A stretch of DNA of 64,000 nt from an uncultured Lentimicrobiaceae bacterium (GTDB taxonomy: Bacteria; Bacteroidota; Bacteroidia; Bacteroidales; 4484-276). Where the stretch lies: positions 1,416-65,415 of the forward strand of contig CAZQIV010000022.1 in assembly GCA_964593705.1 (NCBI GenBank), written 5' to 3'. The first letter of the stretch is position 1, and each line of letters opens with the position of its first letter. The notes below the pieces were generated by a model. That model had not been told where the DNA came from and did not search any database. It saw nothing but the letters and a program-made list of their open reading frames with translations. Below are positions 8,810 to 18,007 of this stretch, piece by piece. Position numbers and translations under genes: made by a program.

Positions 8810-8903
8810 TCGGCAAAATTTATAAATGCATATTTTGCAATTAAGAGCTTTATTATTACTCTTCATTTCATAATAACGACAATGCATTTTAAATTTTGCT
8901 TGG

Positions 8904-8958
8904 GTATCTTATCTCTAATATTCTGCCAAAAAATGGCAGAATATTAGAGATAAGGTAC
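8904..8958. other. Near-perfect 21-bp stem hairpin with AAAAA loop
   Basis: cttatctctaatattctgcca (8908-8928), aaaaa, then tggcagaatattagagataag (8934-8954). Confidence 0.8.
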
Positions 8959-8995
8959 TAATCCTGACCAAGAAAACACTTAATTCGATAACCTT

Positions 8996-9150
8996 GGGTT
9001 GTAAACCCTTCCCTTCAGTCGAGGGTTATAAGCCCGGCCTGGGTTCACAGCCCCTCCCAAAGATAGGGATGCCAATGTCAGAGGCACGAAGGGGATGGCT
9101 CCCCCGAGATATTTGCAAGTCAGGGTGTGACTTTAAGTCACGCCCTGACT
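8996..9150. repeat. REP-like units plus AGTCAGGG hairpin element
   Basis: gggttgtaaaccc...gggttataagccc and gggttcacagcccc...ggggatggctccc resemble the REP units at 12665-13765. They are followed by the hairpin agtcagggtgtgactttaagtcacgccctgact. Confidence 0.7.
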
Positions 9151-9176
9151 AACACCAGATTCACACCCTGACTTTT

Positions 9177-9536
9177 TTAAACCTCCTCCTGCTCTTGGTA
9201 AAACTTATCTCTCAATCTGAAAGTTAAGTCGTTTATTAAGTCGGGGTCGGGTTTTTCGGGGAGTGATGATTTTTCAAAAGCTTTTTCCATTTCATGTTTT
9301 TTGGAATCTGCCATTTTAAGCAATTCCATAAATCGGCCGAACTCATAAAAAACAATGTCGTTGGTTTCGTTATTTACCTGGGGCATATAGTCCAGACCAT
9401 AGTAGCATTTTTTGGGCAATAGAAAAACCCCTTTAATATCCGTGTCCGAACCTGGAGTTTCCAATCCATAAGCCCGGCTGCCACTTATACATTCAAGAAT
9501 GATTAATCCTTTATCTCTTATCTCGTCTATGGTCAT
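9177..9536 (-). pseudogene. Nucleotidyltransferase (GSxxYG...SDxD type) fragment, internally deleted or truncated
   Basis: N-terminal ~70 aa (ECISGSRAYGLETPGSDTDIKGVFLLP...FYEFGRFMELL) match a predicted nucleotidyltransferase family that I recall as normally about twice this length. The remainder diverges. Flanked by REP clusters. Confidence 0.5.
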
Positions 9537-9720
9537 GACTTTGTAAGTGTTTTTCTGAAAAATGAATTTAAATCTTCAATCTGTGCTAAATACTTTTTAA
9601 TTTTTTCTTTCATGGGATTTGAATAGATGTTTTTTTCTTTCATTTTTTCTTCAATAAACAAAGATAAGCCTTATTTAAGATTTCGAAGGATTTCTGATTG
9701 CACACCAAGTAAAAGGGTTT

Positions 9721-9797
9721 ACGGTTCTGAGACACGAAGGGATGGACTTCCTGAGATAGTTGCAAGTCAGGGTTTGACTTAAAGTCAAACCCTGACT
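9721..9797. repeat. Degenerate REP unit plus AGTCAGGG hairpin element
   Basis: cacgaagggatggacttcctgagatagttgcaagtcagggtttgacttaaagtcaaaccctgact parallels 9085-9150 and 12520-12574. Confidence 0.7.
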
Positions 9798-9987
9798 ATC
9801 ATAAGGTACAAAGGAATCTCAACCCTGAAATTTAAAATCACAATCTGCGATTTCAAGTTTTTCAATGTGTTCCAAAATTCCCCCGATTCGTTGATGAAAT
9901 TTCCCGATCTGTTGATTTTCTTTTTTAGTCGATACATTAATTGCCACTTTTGATGAACATTTAAAAAGACTCAAATACATTTATAAC

Positions 9988-12507
9988 ATGAAAACACGAA
10001 ACTTTTTTTTGATTTTAATCTTTGGCATTACGAGCACAGTATTTGGCCAAGGTTTTTATGACATCAACACCATCAACACCATCAAAATCACTTTCGAAGA
10101 ATCCAATTGGGATTACCTGCTCGACCAGCTTGTGTCAGCAGGAAATAAAGACCGCCTGATGGGTTCTGTTGCCATCAACGGGCAGGTTTTCGACAGCGTG
10201 GGCGTACGTTACAAAGGAAACAGTTCCTATCGGGCCAATCAAATAAAAAATCCATTGAATATCAAACTTGATTACATTATTGATGATCAGGAGATAGAAG
10301 GCTATGGAACCCTGAAACTGGCCAATGTATATAAAGATCCCAGCTTTGTTCGCGAAGCGTTAAGTTACGAAATTGCCCGGAAATACATGCCAGCCAGCCA
10401 GGCCAATTACACCAATGTATATGTAAACGGAACCCACCTCGGGCTTTATACCAGTGTTCAGGATGTGGATAAATTTTTTATGCGTACGCATTTTGGTGGC
10501 GATGAAACCGTAAGAGTTAAAGGTGAAATTGAAAGTAACGCCATGCCCGGGCAAATGGGTGGTGTTTGGGAATATTATGGTACCGACACAACAGATTATT
10601 ACGATTACTACGCAATGGAGTCGGATCATGGATGTGCAAAACTGGTAGAATTTATCGACACACTCAATAACCACAACACCTATGTTGATCAGGTGTTGAA
10701 CATCGACAGGCACTTATGGTTTTTAGCTTTCCAAAATCTTTTGGTAAACCTCGATAGTCCCATCAACAACCCGCAAAACTATTACCTTTTTGAAGATGGC
10801 ACCGGCAGGTTTAATCCCATTCCCTGGGATTTGAACGAAAGTTTTGGGGTGTTCACTACTTTGCAAAGTGGTGGAAATCTCAACCCCTATCAATTGCAAC
10901 ACCTTAGCCATGTTGTAAATCTCACCAATAGTGAATATCCTGTTATTCGCAAAATTTTGAGTGATGATACCTATCGCCTTATGTATGTTGCACATATAAA
11001 AACCATGCTCGAAGACAATATTTCTAATGGATAGTACGAAACCCGCGCCCTGGAAATTCAGGATATCATCGATTCGGATGTGCAAAACGACCCCAATAAA
11101 TTTTATAGCTATTCTAATTTTATCAGCAATATACATAGTAGCACCGGTGGTGGAGGTTGGCCACCATCTCCTGGCATAATTGGCATAACGCAGTTGATGG
11201 ATACCCGCGCCAGTTGGCTATCCGGTTTGTCCGAATTCCAGGCGCAAGCCCCGGAAATTACAAATATAAGTTACAGCCCGGAAGTTGTAAGCCCCAACAC
11301 CGAGCTTTGGTTTTCTTCAACAGTAAGTTCTGCAAACCAGGTTTATTTGGCTTATCGCCAGAGTTCTACGGCTGCCTTTCAAAAAGTTGAGATGCTCGAT
11401 GATGGCAACCACAACGATGGGAATGCCGGCGATGGCGTTTATGGTGCATCCATTGTGGCAGGAAGTTCTGATATTCAATATTATATTTATGCCGAAAATA
11501 ACAGTGCAGCAGCTTTCTCTCCACCCAATGCCGAATATGAATTTTATTCGATAGAAATCAACAGCACTTTGGTTATCAACGAATTTATGGCCGATAATGA
11601 AAGTGCAGTAGCCGACCAGGATGGTGAGTACGACGACTGGGTGGAAATATTTAATACCGGAGCATCGGCATTGGCGATTGGTGGATACTATTTGAGCGAT
11701 GATGCTTCGGAACCAGAACAATGGACATTTCCTGATACCACCATTGCTGCCGGGGGCTACCTGGTGGTTTGGGCCGATAACGATGAAGAACAAGAAGGTC
11801 TGCATGCCAATTTTAAACTTTCCAAATCGGGCGAAAGCATCATCATGTCCAACCCTGCCTTGAGCATTGTGGATGAATATTCCTTCGTCGAGCAAATTAC
11901 AGATAGTACCACAGGACGGTTTCCAAACGGTACCGGCGATTTTGTAATAATGCCCCCAACTTTTGGGGCAGAAAATCAAAGTTTAATAAATGCATATCAA
12001 ACCATCACCATGCCAGATGGCTGGAGTGGAATTTCATCCTGCCTTGAGCCTCTCGATGGCATGGTTGAAAATATGTTTGATGTGTTGACCAACGAAGACG
12101 ACCTGATAATTTTGCAGAATTTTTTCGAGGTATATTGGCCTGCTGCTAATTTGAACACCATCGACCAAAATGGTGGCTGGGATTCAAAGAGTGGATATAT
12201 GCTTAAAGTAGATGGAGATCAGCAAATCGTTATCGAAGGAACATATATTGCCGACAAAACGCTGACTTTTGATGAAGCCGGGTGGTATCTGATTCCGGTA
12301 TTAAGTAATTGTAATGTGTCGGTAAACGAATTATTCGAAGATGTTGTGGATGATCTTGCTATTATTAAAGAAGTGGCCGGTATAGGTATTTATTGGCCTG
12401 GAGTAGTGCAAACGCTGTATTCTCTGGAACCCGGAAAATCGTACCTCGTAAAATTTGATGGCCCGGTGTCAGTTACTTTTCCCGAATGTACAGATGATAC
12501 AAAATAG
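9988..12507 (+). pseudogene. CotH kinase-family / lamin-tail-domain protein paralog interrupted by an in-frame TAG (11032-11034)
   Basis: ORFs 9988-11034 and 11080-12507 share one frame (both nt mod 3 = 1). Together they are colinear with the intact paralog 13927-16200. The TAG aligns with a Trp codon (ENGWYEE) of the paralog. CotH-type core LNIKLDYIIDDQEIEGYGTLKLAN...VNGTHLGLYTSVQDVDKFF. LTD motif LVINEFMADNESAVADQDGEYDDWVEIFN. Confidence 0.8.
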
Positions 12508-12541
12508 TCGGTAAAAATAGGAATCCCCAGAGAAAATTGTA

Positions 12542-12574
12542 AGTCAGGGCGTGACTTTAAGCCACACCCTGACT
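12542..12574. repeat. AGTCAGGG hairpin element, third copy
   Basis: agtcagggcgtgactttaagccacaccctgact lies directly after the stop of the CotH pseudogene, possibly acting as a terminator. Confidence 0.7.
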
Positions 12575-12664
12575 GTGTTAAAGTTAAATGTTAGGTTTAA
12601 TGGTAGGATCGGGAAATCGGTTTTGCCTTTTTTTTGGTTTATCCAGGCTTGCTATCCCCGCTTT

Positions 12665-12706
12665 GGGTTCGCAGCCCCGAGGTACGAGGGGATCGCAACC
12701 CTGAAT
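12665..12706 (+). repeat. REP-like unit upstream of the RAYT gene
   Basis: gggttcgcagccccgaggtacgaggggatcgcaaccctgaat. Its end gcaaccctgaat is the inverted complement of attcagggttgc at 13364-13375. Confidence 0.8.
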
Positions 12707-12761
12707 GTTTGAAAAGTGCATGTGCATTTTTTTTTATTTTTATACGCTAAATCTTGAAAAG

Positions 12762-13343
12762 ATGCCATCAAAGAAAATTTTAACACCAGTTGAATCCGGG
12801 TTTACCTACCATATTTACAATCGTGGGAATAATTACCAGGATGTGTTTTTTAATGATGAAGACTATCTATTATTTTTGAATAAATTCAAATTCTATCTTG
12901 GAAATTATTGTTCTCTTTTTGCTTTTGCTTTATTGCCAAATCATTTTCACTTTCTTTTACGATCAAACGAAAATAATGCTGTGTCACAATTTAGTCAGCA
13001 ATACCTGAAATTCATACTCAGTTATACCAATAAAATCAATTATCGAATGAAAAGAAACGGCAGTTTGTTTTTAGCCCGATTCAGGAGGATTAAAATTGAA
13101 GACGAGGATTACCTGAAAAGATTGCTTTATTATATCCACCATAATCCAGTTAAACATGGAATTACTGAAAACTTTAAAACCTATAAATTTAATTCATATC
13201 AGATTTTCTTGTCCGATAAACCAACCGGTCTTGCCAGAAACGAGGCTATCTCCTGGTTCGGTGATTTAAAGGATTTTGCTGAATATCACGATTATTTTCA
13301 TGAAGAAGATATTATCAGAAAACTGACTTTTGAGGATGATTAG
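12762..13343 (+). CDS. REP-associated tyrosine transposase (RAYT) / IS200-like Y1 transposase family protein
   Basis: HUH motif LPNHFHFLL and Tyr motif YYIHHNPVKHG. About 190 aa from the ATG at 12762. Bracketed by inverted REP-like repeats. Confidence 0.8.
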   Translation: MPSKKILTPVESGFTYHIYNRGNNYQDVFFNDEDYLLFLNKFKFYLGNYCSLFAFALLPNHFHFLLRSNENNAVSQFSQQYLKFILSYTNKINYRMKRNGSLFLARFRRIKIEDEDYLKRLLYYIHHNPVKHGITENFKTYKFNSYQIFLSDKPTGLARNEAISWFGDLKDFAEYHDYFHEEDIIRKLTFEDD

Positions 13344-13363
13344 GTATGAATATTTATTTATAA

Positions 13364-13765
13364 ATTCAGGGTTGCAGCCTCATGGGTTCGCAGCCCCTCC
13401 CGAAGGGATTCCTATGGAGGAGGCACGAGGGGATCGCAACCCTACAACCCGAAAAGGATTGATGCAAACTTTTAAGCTATATTTTCTATCCTTCTCACAA
13501 GTATTATTGCATTTATCTTTCTCAGATTTTTGCAAATTGAAATTATAGGGTTGCGATCCTTTCCCTGCGGTCAAGGCTGCGAACCCAAGCCAAGATATTC
13601 CGGCCTGGGTTCGCAGCCCCGAGGTACGAGGGGATCGCAACCCTGAAATACCCTAAAACAGAATCCCTCAGGAATTTATCACTATGTTCCAGGGTTGCGA
13701 TCCCTTCCCTGCGGTCAGGGCTGCGAACCCACGCCGGGTTGCTGGCCCCGAGGAAGGAGCATGCC
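13364..13765. repeat. BIME-like cluster of REP units in alternating orientation
   Basis: Forward units gggttcgcagcccc..ggggatcgcaaccc at 13384-13443 and 13607-13644. Inverse units agggttgcgatcc..ggctgcgaaccc at 13548-13586 and 13691-13730. One further degenerate unit follows. Confidence 0.85.
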
Positions 13766-13926
13766 ACAAGCCTGGAAGTACAATCTACGATTTCAAGTTT
13801 TTCAATGTGTCCCAAATCCCCCCCATTCGTTGATAAAATTTCCCAATCTGTTGATTTTCTTTTTTATTCTATACTTTAGTTGCCACTTTTGTTGAATATT
13901 TAAATAGACTCAAATACATTTAAAAC

Positions 13927-16200
13927 ATGAAAACAAGAAACTTTTTACTTTTCTTACTCATTGGCTTGATCAACACTAGTTTCAGCCAAGGATTTTACGA
14001 CATGAACACCATTAACACCATCGAGGTTACTTTCGAAGAATCCAACTGGGATTACCTGCTCGATCAAATGGCTGCGGCCGGAGATGAAGAGCGACTGATG
14101 GGCTCGGTGAACATCAACGGGCAGGTGTTCGACAGTGTGGGTGTGCGCTACAAAGGCAATAGTTCATACAATCAAAACCAGGTTAAAAACCCGCTCAACA
14201 TTAAGCTCGACTACATTATCAACGATCAGGAAATTGAGGGCTATGGCACCCTGAAACTTGCCAACGGGTTTAAGGATCCCAGTTTTGTACGCGAGGCTTT
14301 GGGCTATGAAATTGCCAGGAAATATTTCCCGGCCAGCGAAACCAACTACGCCAATGTTTATGTTAACGGAACACATCTTGGGCTATATACCAGTGTGCAG
14401 GACGTGGATAAGTTTTTTATGCGTACACATTTAGGAAGTGATGAAGGCGCAAGACTCAAGGGTGAAATTAGCGGTGGCGGCGGCCCTCCTTCGGGCACTG
14501 TATGGAAATATTACGGTAATGATTCGACCGATTATTTTAATTATTACGCACTGGAATCAAATATTGGATGGACCGAATTGATTCATTTCCTCGACACCCT
14601 GAGCAATCACACCAGCTATGTTGACCAGGTTTTAAACATTGACAGGCATTTGTGGTTTTTGGCCTTTCAAAATTTGTTGGTTAACCTGGATAGTCCCATT
14701 AATAATCCGCAGAATTATTATATTTTTCAAGATGGCACGGGTCGATTTAATCCTATTCCCTGGGATTTGAACGAAAGTTTTGGCGTATTCAGAAGTTTGC
14801 AAGGTGGCGGTAATTTAAACACAAATCAGTTGCAACAATTTAGCCCGTTCAACAATCTTACAAGCAACGATCATCCCATCATTAGTAAAATTCTGGGCAA
14901 CGACACTTACAGTAAAATGTACATTGCACACTTTAAAACGATGGTGGAAGAAATATTTGAAAATGGCTGGTACGAAGAAAGGGCGTTAGAAATTCAGGAT
15001 ATCATAGATGCGGATGTGCAAGCCGATCCAAATAAGTTTTATTCTTACAGCAACTTTATCAGTAATATTAATAATAGTGTAGGTGGTGGCCCCAATGCGG
15101 TAATAGGAATAACACAGTTAATGGAAGCCCGTGTTAATTATCTGCTCGGATTGGATGAATTTGAAGCACAGCAACCCGAATTCTCAAACATCAGTTTTAG
15201 CCCGGAGCAACCCTCGCCAGGCACTGAAATTTGGTTTAGCGCAGAAGTTGATTATAGCACACAGGTGTATTTATTATACCGACAAAGCTCCACGGCTACA
15301 TTCCAAAAATCTGAAATGTTTGACGATGGTAATCATAACGATGGTGCTGCCGGTGATGGTGTTTATGGAATTTCACTTGTGGCCGGAAACACCGGGATTC
15401 AGTATTATTTCTATGCTGAAAATAATGATGCGTCCGCGTTTATGCCGACACATGCCGAATATGAATTTTATACCATTGCCATAAGCAGCGATTTGGTAAT
15501 TAACGAATTTATGGCCGACAATGAAACTGCCGTGGCCGATCAGGATGGAGAATATGACGATTGGATTGAATTTTACAACAATGGCACCGAAGATATTGTA
15601 TTGCTGGGATTCTACTTGAGCGATGATGCCGGCGAACCCGATCAGTGGACATTTCCCGATACTACAATTGCTGCAGGTGGATATTTAATTGTTTGGACTG
15701 ATAATGATGAAGATCAGGATGGTTTACACGCCAATTTCAAACTCTCAAAATCGGGCGAAAGCATTTTACTTTCGGATGCAACTTTAAATATTATTGATGA
15801 GATTGCTTTTGAGCAACAAAAAACGGATACCACTACCGGAAGATTTCCAAACGGAACCGGCGGGTTTAAATTTATGATTCCTACTTTTGGTGGGGAAAAT
15901 GTTGATGAAATTACTGCAGTTGAAGAAATAGCGCAAATAGAGTCGGCATCCTTAGGGGCTTATCCGAACCCATTCAATAATCAGTTGCATTTTGTAATTA
16001 AGCTTGAAAACACATCAAGTGTTAGCCTTATGGCGCATAATGTTTTTGGCCAAATGGTAACTTTGAAAGACACGGAAGGATTGCCTGCCGGAACACACGA
16101 ATTGACCATTAGCACGATTGATTTACCTGCTGGTTTATGGATTTGCAGTATGAAAACAGATGAACAGATACGGACCATAAAGCTGATGAAAACAAAGTAG
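13927..16200 (+). CDS. CotH kinase-family protein with lamin-tail domain and T9SS C-terminal sorting domain
   Basis: Signal peptide, CotH core and LTD (LVINEFMADNETAVADQDGEYDDWIEFYN). The C-terminus LGAYPNPFNNQLHFVIKLE...GLWICSMKTDEQIRTIKLMK is typical of Por/T9SS sorting domains. Confidence 0.85.
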   Translation: MKTRNFLLFLLIGLINTSFSQGFYDMNTINTIEVTFEESNWDYLLDQMAAAGDEERLMGSVNINGQVFDSVGVRYKGNSSYNQNQVKNPLNIKLDYIINDQEIEGYGTLKLANGFKDPSFVREALGYEIARKYFPASETNYANVYVNGTHLGLYTSVQDVDKFFMRTHLGSDEGARLKGEISGGGGPPSGTVWKYYGNDSTDYFNYYALESNIGWTELIHFLDTLSNHTSYVDQVLNIDRHLWFLAFQNLLVNLDSPINNPQNYYIFQDGTGRFNPIPWDLNESFGVFRSLQGGGNLNTNQLQQFSPFNNLTSNDHPIISKILGNDTYSKMYIAHFKTMVEEIFENGWYEERALEIQDIIDADVQADPNKFYSYSNFISNINNSVGGGPNAVIGITQLMEARVNYLLGLDEFEAQQPEFSNISFSPEQPSPGTEIWFSAEVDYSTQVYLLYRQSSTATFQKSEMFDDGNHNDGAAGDGVYGISLVAGNTGIQYYFYAENNDASAFMPTHAEYEFYTIAISSDLVINEFMADNETAVADQDGEYDDWIEFYNNGTEDIVLLGFYLSDDAGEPDQWTFPDTTIAAGGYLIVWTDNDEDQDGLHANFKLSKSGESILLSDATLNIIDEIAFEQQKTDTTTGRFPNGTGGFKFMIPTFGGENVDEITAVEEIAQIESASLGAYPNPFNNQLHFVIKLENTSSVSLMAHNVFGQMVTLKDTEGLPAGTHELTISTIDLPAGLWICSMKTDEQIRTIKLMKTK

Positions 16201-16223
16201 AGTTCGTCTTTTTAGTCAGGTAT

Positions 16224-16283
16224 CCCGCAGATAACGCAGATTTTCGCAGAAAAAAATCAGCGCAAATCAGCGAAATCTGCGGG
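16224..16283. repeat. CGCAGAT-rich element with terminal inverted repeat
   Basis: cccgcagat ... atctgcggg encloses repeated cgcaga/tcagcg motifs, immediately after the CotH stop. Confidence 0.55.
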
Positions 16284-16900
16284 AGATTCTTTGGCCTCGG
16301 ATAGAAATGGTTGACTTTATGGACAGACACTAAATAGCAGGATGGGGTGCAATTCTATAGGTGTTATGTTATTTTTTTAATTGTGATTCTTGTTTGAAAA
16401 ATAAAAACCATATTTTGTTTTATAAAACCTCAGTAGCTTGTTGATTATGATTAATTATGTAACCTTATTACCATTCAATTTTTAAATAAGGAAATAAGGT
16501 TGATGCAAAATGTTGAATTTTTCAACTAAGGTTAGTGGGTTATAAATAAGGTTTTTCGTTTATAAATTTGTTGGCAAATTGTAGAAATATTACGCGGCTT
16601 GATTAAGTAGTTGCCCTTGCGTTGGTGCGGCAGGGATTGGAGTGGTAGTCCCGAAGTTTCGGGAGCGGCAGATTTTTTTGTTGGCGGGTGGCGGCTGACG
16701 AAGGAAGCCAGCCGGCCGCCTACAAAAAAACAGCCGGCATGAAGCAACTACAAACGGAAAGCCCGCCTTGCCGCCCAAATTAGGCAAATATCATGGCGAG
16801 GCAGGCCCGCCTGGCTAGCCTCGCTGTAGCTTAGGCGAAGCGGGTCGCCCAACTATTAAACACAATAATTAAACAATAAATCTTTTTTATACTTGTAAAC

Positions 16901-18007
16901 ATGAAAACGAAGCGGGGCATACTGAGGCATAGCGAAATACTGGTTATCCTGGCCATTTGGCTGGTTATCATTGCAATGCCGGTTCTTTTATTCCAGCGCA
17001 ACGACACAATTAATTGGTCCAATGTTTTTGTGGCCTGGGTTGGGGTGCTGCCCTTTTTGCTGTTGTTTCTGGTGAATCATTTCTTGCTGATCCCGTTTTT
17101 GTTTTTTAAGAAAAGCAAAGCACTTTATTTCTTGTCCGCCCTAAGTTTGGTAGTTGGGTTTACATTTACAACCTGGTTTATGGAAAAAGGAAATGCTGAC
17201 TTTCGTCCAAAACCACTGCCCGGAATGCGGCAGCTGCCCCCGTCTCACATCGAAAATCAACAATTACCAGATCGGCCACCACACCAGGGTCAACAAGGTA
17301 GAAATCCCATTCCTTTTCCTCCTTTTGTGAACACCTTTATTATTGCGATGTTGGTGATTGGTTTTGATACCGGACTGCGGATGATTTTCAGATGGTCGAA
17401 GCTGGAGCAGGAAAAAACATTATTGGAAAAGGAAAATGTGCAAAATCAACTGGCTTTTTTGAGAACACAGGTGAGCCCGCATTTTTTTATGAACACCCTC
17501 AACAACATCCACGCGCTGATCGATGTGAACAGCGAGGAGGCCAAAGATTCAATTATTAAACTTTCGAAGTTGATGCGACACCTGCTTTATGAATCGCAGG
17601 GCGAAAAAACCTCACTTAAAAAAGAGATTGAATTTATTAAAAGCTATGTGAATTTGATGAAACTGCGTTTCTCGGATAAGGTAAAGATTAGCGTGGTAGT
17701 TCCTGATTTAATCCCCGAAAAGGATATTCCCCCGCTGCTTTTTACTTCCGTTATCGAAAATGCATTTAAACATGGCGTAAGCTATTCCAGCGCATCATTT
17801 ATCAATATTAAAATAAGTACCCCGGAAAACAAATTGCAGGTTATGATTGCCAATAGCAAAACAGCACAAAATGATGAAAATGATGAAAATGGTATCGGGC
17901 TGGAAAACACCCGAAAACGACTTGAACTAATTTATCCGGGGAAATTTGATTTCAGGATTGTTGATAATGAAAAAGATTTTACCGTAATAATATCCATACC
18001 ATTATGA
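16901..18007 (+). CDS. LytS/YehU-family sensor histidine kinase
   Basis: N-terminal TM helices, then LAFLRTQVSPHFFMNTLNNIHALI (His_kinase motif) and an ATPase region ENAFKHG...GIGLENTRKRL. Confidence 0.85.
   Translation: MKTKRGILRHSEILVILAIWLVIIAMPVLLFQRNDTINWSNVFVAWVGVLPFLLLFLVNHFLLIPFLFFKKSKALYFLSALSLVVGFTFTTWFMEKGNADFRPKPLPGMRQLPPSHIENQQLPDRPPHQGQQGRNPIPFPPFVNTFIIAMLVIGFDTGLRMIFRWSKLEQEKTLLEKENVQNQLAFLRTQVSPHFFMNTLNNIHALIDVNSEEAKDSIIKLSKLMRHLLYESQGEKTSLKKEIEFIKSYVNLMKLRFSDKVKISVVVPDLIPEKDIPPLLFTSVIENAFKHGVSYSSASFINIKISTPENKLQVMIANSKTAQNDENDENGIGLENTRKRLELIYPGKFDFRIVDNEKDFTVIISIPL

Noticed and set aside
13364-13765. Possible CRISPR array, given several ~37-nt repeats with intervening sequence
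   Set aside because: The units alternate in orientation, spacer lengths are irregular (about 20 to 100 nt), the repeats themselves vary, and no cas genes are present. The pattern fits REP/BIME elements next to a RAYT gene.
13330-13895. Four overlapping 66-90-aa ORFs (13330-13548, 13380-13640, 13543-13815, 13695-13895)
   Set aside because: They are translations of the REP/BIME array on both strands (Pro/Gly/Arg/Ala-rich), not genes.
16680-16725. SRP (4.5S) RNA, because of a GACGAAGGAAGCCAGCC string reminiscent of the conserved GGAA tetraloop region
   Set aside because: The flanking sequence does not form the expected long helix with the symmetric and asymmetric loops, and the match is only a few nucleotides. 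It is kept only as part of the unexplained GC-rich island.
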